Part shown: positions 15,538 through 20,000 of the stretch, one piece after another
Layout of the letters: the number at the start of each line of letters is the position of its first letter
How positions within the stretch are numbered: position 1 is the stretch's first letter
Virus record (IMG/VR): IMGVR_UViG_3300031759_000013
Direction: 5' to 3' (one strand)
DNA from: an uncultured virus (IMG/VR IMGVR_UViG_3300031759_000013)
Lineage: Duplodnaviria; Heunggongvirae; Uroviricota; Caudoviricetes
Length of the DNA stretch: 20,000 nucleotides
Position numbers and translations under genes: made by a program
The notes under the pieces: generated by a model
Database searches by the model: none
What the model was told of the DNA's origin: nothing
What the model saw: only the letters and a program-made list of their open reading frames with translations

Positions 15538-15909
15538 ATGATACCAGCTATGCGTAATGCGAATGCTTCTCATGTAGACTTTGGTTTCCTTCGTGGAATG
15601 ATTCCTGATAATCCTCACTTCATGCCTAGTAATATTGACATGATAGTTGAACGTAAAGGAAAGTTTATCTTCGGTGAATGGAAGCGTGAAGGTGAGAAGA
15701 TGACGATGGGTCAAAAGATTCTGTTATTATCTTTATCTAAAATTCATACGGTATTGATTATCACAGGTCATGTTGACGAAGAAGCATACGTTTCTAAAGT
15801 ACAAGTATTAAACTGTAACGGTAAACTAAACCTCATTGGTAACAGTAAAGAATCTTTAATAACATATTTACAAGACTGGTATGAAGCAGTCGAGAAAGGA
15901 AAACTATGA
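15538..15909 (+). CDS. Putative PD-(D/E)xK-fold nuclease-like protein
   Basis: ID.IVER.G.FIFGEWK....M..GQ resembles the VRR-NUC/restriction-endonuclease-like motif. Confidence 0.55.
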   Translation: MIPAMRNANASHVDFGFLRGMIPDNPHFMPSNIDMIVERKGKFIFGEWKREGEKMTMGQKILLLSLSKIHTVLIITGHVDEEAYVSKVQVLNCNGKLNLIGNSKESLITYLQDWYEAVEKGKL

Positions 15910-16037
15910 GAAGCACTGGCGGCAAAGGCGATAGGCAAAGACCATTAACAATACCGAAAGAACAATTTGAGAAAAACTGGGATGAGATATTTAAGAAAAA
16001 AGAAAAGCCTGTTCCTCCTCCTGTTCCTACTAAGTAA
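15906..16037 (+). CDS. Small basic protein (43 aa, MRSTGGKGDRQRP...FEKNWDEIF)
   Basis: Read manually; AAGGA RBS; ATGA overlap. Confidence 0.65.
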   Translation: MRSTGGKGDRQRPLTIPKEQFEKNWDEIFKKKEKPVPPPVPTK

Positions 16038-16224
16038 TGTAGTATGGATAGTTATTATGCACAAAGATGCAATGTATAATAGCTATGTAGGTGATGACAG
16101 ATGCCATGATACAATGAATTATCAAGCGTTCTATTCTGTTAAAAATGAAATAGAATATTGTTTTTATAGAAAGACTGCTTATCCATATAGGCTAAGTGGT
16201 GGGATAATAGGAGTTAAACCATGA
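15982..16224 (+). CDS. Putative membrane-anchored small protein
   Basis: Basic N-terminus plus hydrophobic stretch; start uncertain (15967/15982/16057); ATGA overlap with the next gene. Confidence 0.5.
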   Translation: MRYLRKKKSLFLLLFLLSNVVWIVIMHKDAMYNSYVGDDRCHDTMNYQAFYSVKNEIEYCFYRKTAYPYRLSGGIIGVKP

Positions 16225-16361
16225 AGATTATTATTGCAACATTGTTGTTTTGTTTGGTGACAGTAGCCCAGGCACAGAGCACTACAACGATTGTTATGCC
16301 TGATGGTACAATGATGGTGTGTACTAATTTTGGTACAGTTGTTTCTTGTGAAAAGATGTAA
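16221..16361 (+). CDS. Small secreted protein (46 aa) with signal peptide
   Basis: MKIIIATLLFCLVTVAQA-QSTTTIVMPDGTMMVCTNFGTVVSCEKM; AxA cleavage site; AGGAG RBS; TAATG overlap with the polymerase gene. Confidence 0.65.
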   Translation: MKIIIATLLFCLVTVAQAQSTTTIVMPDGTMMVCTNFGTVVSCEKM

Positions 16362-18013
16362 TGCTTAAGACTTTAGTCCTCGATATTGAAACCAACCTAG
16401 CACATGACATAGTCTGGTGCGTGGTTACTTTACATCGTGAAACTGGAGAGATTAAAGTATGGAAAGAACCTACAGGGTTGAAGGAATATTTAGAAAATGC
16501 TATTACTATCGTGGGACACAATATTTTTGCTTTTGATGCTTATCTCCTTAATCGTTTATGGAATACGAAAATAAGAAAATCTCAACTTCAAGATACTTTA
16601 CTTTTATCTCGTTTATCTGATTCAAGCAGAGAAGGAGGACACAGTTTAGACTCGTGGGGTAAAACTCTTGGTTATCATAAATTAGATTTTAATGCTTATG
16701 ACGACGGGCTTACAGATACTATGCTTGAGTATTGTCAAAGAGACGTAGAGCTTACATCTAAAGTATATGATATGTTATGGAAAGAATTAGATGCTAACAA
16801 GATTAGCGACGAAGCTATTAAACTAGAGTATGAAGTACAAGTAATTCTATCGGAGATGGAACGTAATGGATTCAAGCTTGATGAACCGTATGCACAGACG
16901 TTGCTCTGTGAAATTAAAACTGAGATGGCTCAGATTGAAGAAGCTTTACAAGCCATATTCCCTCCGATTGTTACGGAGCGTGTATCGGAGAAGACTGGTA
17001 AAAGACTTAAAGATGATGTTGAAGCATTTAATATTGGCTCACGTCAACAGATTGCTAAGCGTCTTATGTCTAAAGGTTGGAAGCCTACCAAGACTACAGA
17101 GAAGGGGCAGATTATTGTCGATGAGACGGTACTTGCTGATGTACAGCTTGAGGAAGCTAAACCTATTGCAAGATATTTGACATTACAAAAGAGAGCATCA
17201 CAATTAGATTCATGGTTAGAAAAACTAGGAAAGGACGGGAGAGTTCATGGTAAAGTTATTGGTTTTGGTGCTGTTACTGGCAGAGCTACCCATAGTAGCC
17301 CTAATATGGCTCAGGTGCCAGCAGTGCGAGCTACTTTGGGTACAGAGTTCCGTTCGTGTTGGACGGTTGATAAGGGGAATGTCCTTGTGGGTGTTGACTT
17401 GTCTGGTATTGAACTGCGTTGTTTTGCTCATTACCTTAATGACTTGGACTACATAAATGAGACAGTCAACGGTGATGTCCACACGAGAAATCAGCAAGCT
17501 TTCGGGGTTGAGACGAGAGACCTTGCGAAGACTGTCCTTTATGCGACTTTGTACGGAGCATCCCCAACCAAGATTGGTACAGTTATTGGTGGCACTGCGA
17601 AGCAAGGAGCCAACATTATCAATAGCTTCAGTAAAGCAATACCAGCGTATGCGAGGCTTAAATCCAAAGTTGAACGCCTTGCTGAAAAGGGAACACTACC
17701 TGGGCTTCATGGTTATCAACTTAAGGTCAGGTCGGCTCATTCGTCGCTCAACACGTTACTACAAAGTGCAGGGGCTATCATCGCTAAGCAGTGGCTTGTT
17801 CAAATCAAAAAGAACTTGACAGCAGCAAAGATACCTTATAAGCTAGTAACCTGGTGTCACGACGAGGTTCAAATAGAAACACCTGAACAGTACGGAGAAC
17901 AAGTAGGTAAATTAGTAGTACAAGCAGCAAGAGAATCAGGAGAGATTTTAAAGTTTAGATGTCCCGTAGGTGCAGAATACAAAGTAGGACATACATGGGC
18001 TGATTGTCATTAA
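16361..18013 (+). CDS. Family A DNA polymerase, T7 gp5-like
   Basis: Exo motifs DIET, GHN..FD, YC..DV; TGR; motif A DLSGIELR; motif B RDLAKTVLYATLYG; motif C HDE. Confidence 0.95.
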   Translation: MLKTLVLDIETNLAHDIVWCVVTLHRETGEIKVWKEPTGLKEYLENAITIVGHNIFAFDAYLLNRLWNTKIRKSQLQDTLLLSRLSDSSREGGHSLDSWGKTLGYHKLDFNAYDDGLTDTMLEYCQRDVELTSKVYDMLWKELDANKISDEAIKLEYEVQVILSEMERNGFKLDEPYAQTLLCEIKTEMAQIEEALQAIFPPIVTERVSEKTGKRLKDDVEAFNIGSRQQIAKRLMSKGWKPTKTTEKGQIIVDETVLADVQLEEAKPIARYLTLQKRASQLDSWLEKLGKDGRVHGKVIGFGAVTGRATHSSPNMAQVPAVRATLGTEFRSCWTVDKGNVLVGVDLSGIELRCFAHYLNDLDYINETVNGDVHTRNQQAFGVETRDLAKTVLYATLYGASPTKIGTVIGGTAKQGANIINSFSKAIPAYARLKSKVERLAEKGTLPGLHGYQLKVRSAHSSLNTLLQSAGAIIAKQWLVQIKKNLTAAKIPYKLVTWCHDEVQIETPEQYGEQVGKLVVQAARESGEILKFRCPVGAEYKVGHTWADCH

Positions 18014-18032
18014 AGCAGTAGAAGTAAAAGTA

Positions 18033-18041
18033 TGTTATAAT
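18033..18041 (+). promoter_or_regulatory. Extended -10 promoter for the SSB gene
   Basis: TGTTATAAT in the intergenic gap upstream of AAAGGA RBS. Confidence 0.6.
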
Positions 18042-18084
18042 AGCTAAGTAGTACAAATTCAACTAAATTAAAGGAATCAACATT

Positions 18085-18507
18085 ATGAGTACAGGTAAAT
18101 CAGTAGCAGTTCAGGCAGACGTATTTTGGGCATGTACACAAACTCCTAATCCTACATCGGATAAAGAGCAATACACAATCAACTTGTCTAACCTATCAGA
18201 TAAGGCAGCAACAGCATTAGAAGAGCTAGGTATTACAGTTCGTACAAACGAAGAGAAGCGTTCAGCAGAAGGTAAGTACATCACTTGTAAGAGCAATTAC
18301 AAGATTGATGCTTTTACTACTGACGGAGAACTCATCTCTGCAGATAAGAAGATTGCTAATGGTAGCAAATGCACAGCGATTGTTTCTTCGTATGAGTGGA
18401 ATTATCGTGGTAAAAAAGGTGTTAGTCCATCTTTGAAAAAGTTGACGATTACTAATCTAATCGAATACAAAGGTGCTAACGTAGAAGAACTTGACGACGT
18501 ATTGTAG
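18085..18507 (+). CDS. Single-stranded DNA-binding protein, T7 gp2.5-like
   Basis: Position between polymerase and exonuclease genes; IANGS.C, Y.W..RGKKGVS..L pattern; acidic tail VEELDDVL. Confidence 0.75.
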   Translation: MSTGKSVAVQADVFWACTQTPNPTSDKEQYTINLSNLSDKAATALEELGITVRTNEEKRSAEGKYITCKSNYKIDAFTTDGELISADKKIANGSKCTAIVSSYEWNYRGKKGVSPSLKKLTITNLIEYKGANVEELDDVL

Positions 18508-18516
18508 AAAATAACA

Positions 18517-18538
18517 GAGGAGCTTCGGCTCCTCATTT
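18517..18538 (+). terminator. Stable hairpin after the SSB gene (weak terminator or mRNA-stabilising hairpin)
   Basis: GAGGAGC-TTCG-GCTCCTC followed by ATTT; C(UUCG)G loop; short U tract. Confidence 0.7.
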
Positions 18539-18550
18539 AGAAAGTTTATA

Positions 18551-19237
18551 ATGCACGTTTTAATAGATGCGGACATTCTTGGGTACAGAATAGGTTTTTC
18601 TACTGAAGAAGAAAGCGAAAAGATTGCTATTTCTCGTTGTGCCCATTTTATTGAAACAATGTTATGGGAAGACCTAGAAGGAGTTGAAACATATCAGGGA
18701 TTCCTTACTGGTAAAACTAATTTTAGAAATGAAATAGCTGTCACAGCTCCTTACAAAGGAAACAGAACATCTGCTAAGCCTAAACATTTAGAAATATTAC
18801 GTGAATATATGATAGATGGTTGGGGATTTTCAGTGTCTGACGGACAAGAAGCTGACGATGATATTGCGACAGCGCACGTAGCTCATAACTATCAAAGTAT
18901 TATCGCATCGATTGATAAAGACATGGCCCAATTAAAAGGTAAGCACTGGAACTTTGTCAAGAAAGAGATGACAGAAGTAAACGAAGAAGAAGCATTGCTC
19001 AACTTTTATAGACAGGTACTTACAGGTGACAGAGTTGATAACATCATTGGTCTCAAAGGCATCGGCCCTGTTAAGGCTGACAAAATCCTCAACGGATGTA
19101 CAAGTGCAGCAGAAATGTATACTGCTTGTGTCGAAGCTTACGGTGGCTCAGAAGAACGAACGATTGAAAATGCAAGACTGCTTTGGCTTAGAAGAGAAGC
19201 CAACCAGCTCTGGCAACCTCCCACCGAAGGGTTATAA
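18551..19237 (+). CDS. 5'-3' exonuclease/RNase H, T7 gp6-like (FEN family)
   Basis: IDAD, YKGNR, EADD, SIDKD and the helix-3-turn-helix GDRVDNIIGLKGIGPVKA. Confidence 0.9.
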   Translation: MHVLIDADILGYRIGFSTEEESEKIAISRCAHFIETMLWEDLEGVETYQGFLTGKTNFRNEIAVTAPYKGNRTSAKPKHLEILREYMIDGWGFSVSDGQEADDDIATAHVAHNYQSIIASIDKDMAQLKGKHWNFVKKEMTEVNEEEALLNFYRQVLTGDRVDNIIGLKGIGPVKADKILNGCTSAAEMYTACVEAYGGSEERTIENARLLWLRREANQLWQPPTEGL

Positions 19238-19468
19238 ATGATAATATTAAATGATATTTTTCTTTGTCTTGGTATAATTGTAGTTTTATTGATGGCTTAT
19301 GAAATGTTTTTTAATAAAAAAACAGACGAACTAAGAAAAAAACTATGTGAGTTGTACGGACACAAAAATACTATTGATGTTATAGCTACTGATTTAGAAG
19401 GTAAACTATATGTTAAATGTAATAAGTGTGAAAGATGTTTATCTTACTTGCCTTTAGGTTATAAATGA
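19238..19468 (+). CDS. Small AT-rich gene: N-terminal membrane helix plus C/H-containing tail
   Basis: ORF track; C...GH...C.KC.RC; flanked by 12-bp direct repeats. Confidence 0.6.
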   Translation: MIILNDIFLCLGIIVVLLMAYEMFFNKKTDELRKKLCELYGHKNTIDVIATDLEGKLYVKCNKCERCLSYLPLGYK

Positions 19469-19692
19469 AAGCTAGAAAACATAGAGGAAGCTTTGCAGAG
19501 AGCATGGAAACTATGGAAGAATTTGAACCTACTTGGGAAAACATTGAAAAGTATTTTCAATGTCCAAGGTCAATGCTTACTTTTGATAAAAGTGTATACG
19601 ACGCTAGACAAGGCTGGGAATCAAATACTTATCATGTTATTGTAAACAATGCTGGAGTACTTGGAATGGTAGATTATGATATTACTTCTTAA
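19465..19692 (+). CDS. Hypothetical protein (75 aa)
   Basis: ORF track; ATGA overlap. Confidence 0.6.
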   Translation: MKARKHRGSFAESMETMEEFEPTWENIEKYFQCPRSMLTFDKSVYDARQGWESNTYHVIVNNAGVLGMVDYDITS

Positions 19693-20000
19693 CAATCACG
19701 GACACTCTGACGAAAGGTTTAACGAATATGTTCAACGAGCTTCCCAATTCTATGCTGAGCAGTTATTCACTAAGCAACTCCTCAGGCATATTGTTGTTAC
19801 TGTTAAGTTTAATAAGCATTTGGATGCTTTTGGATATACTAACGTTGAAAAAAGGAACACCAAAGGAGCAGCGAGAGAATTCTTAATTGAACTCCATCCT
19901 TATATCTCAGGTAAAGAAATCTTAAAAACATTAGCACATGAATTTGTACACATTAAACAATATGCAGACGGGGATTTAAATGAAGAGCAAACGCAGTGGC
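19676..20000 (+). CDS. HEXXH zinc-metallopeptidase-like protein, truncated by the window end
   Basis: Read manually: MILLLNNHGHSDERF...KTLAHEFVHIKQYADGDL...; open to the end of the window. Confidence 0.7.
   Translation, partial: MILLLNNHGHSDERFNEYVQRASQFYAEQLFTKQLLRHIVVTVKFNKHLDAFGYTNVEKRNTKGAAREFLIELHPYISGKEILKTLAHEFVHIKQYADGDLNEEQTQW

Noticed and set aside
16361..18013. Intron or intein in the polymerase (helicase and terminase also checked)
   Set aside because: ORFs are uninterrupted and of compact length with all motifs in order.
10194..19241. Minus-strand and alternate-frame ORFs in the right arm (e.g. 10194, 10626, 11351, 12428, 12624, 13199, 14201, 14446, 15031, 15370, 16324, 16866, 17225, 17247, 17457, 18111, 19026)
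   Set aside because: Antisense or frame shadows of a tightly tiled plus-strand operon; 10194..10403 is the shadow of the two sigma-4-like genes.

Overview
The window is part of a tailed dsDNA phage genome, probably a podovirus-like phage, with two divergent arms. The minus-strand arm (1-6567) is the head-assembly and packaging module: small terminase, an HNH-like endonuclease, large terminase, portal, a small ORF, a GroES co-chaperonin, scaffold, a hypothetical protein and the start of the next structural gene. A ~850 bp non-coding switch region (6568-7420) holds back-to-back consensus sigma70 promoters, operator-like palindromes and short periodic repeats, and may be the genome end or pac region. 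The plus-strand arm begins with about 20 tiny early ORFs, including two tandem stand-alone sigma70-region-4-like HTH peptides. It continues with a candidate origin, a C5-methyltransferase-like gene and a T7-type replication set (primase-helicase, family A DNA polymerase, SSB, 5'-3' exonuclease); no RNA polymerase gene lies in the window. The most striking element is a 2.2 kb array (13311-15536) between the helicase and polymerase genes. It consists of small cassettes joined by a recurring 23-bp junction (TAAGAAAGGCACAAGAGAAATGA) that supplies a stop codon, a ribosome-binding-like purine run and the next start codon. The cassettes share swappable internal modules, two are fused, and one ~95-nt cassette looks like a compact double-pseudoknot non-coding RNA. 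No GATC site was seen on manual reading. All calls come from motif reading by eye; no searches were run.
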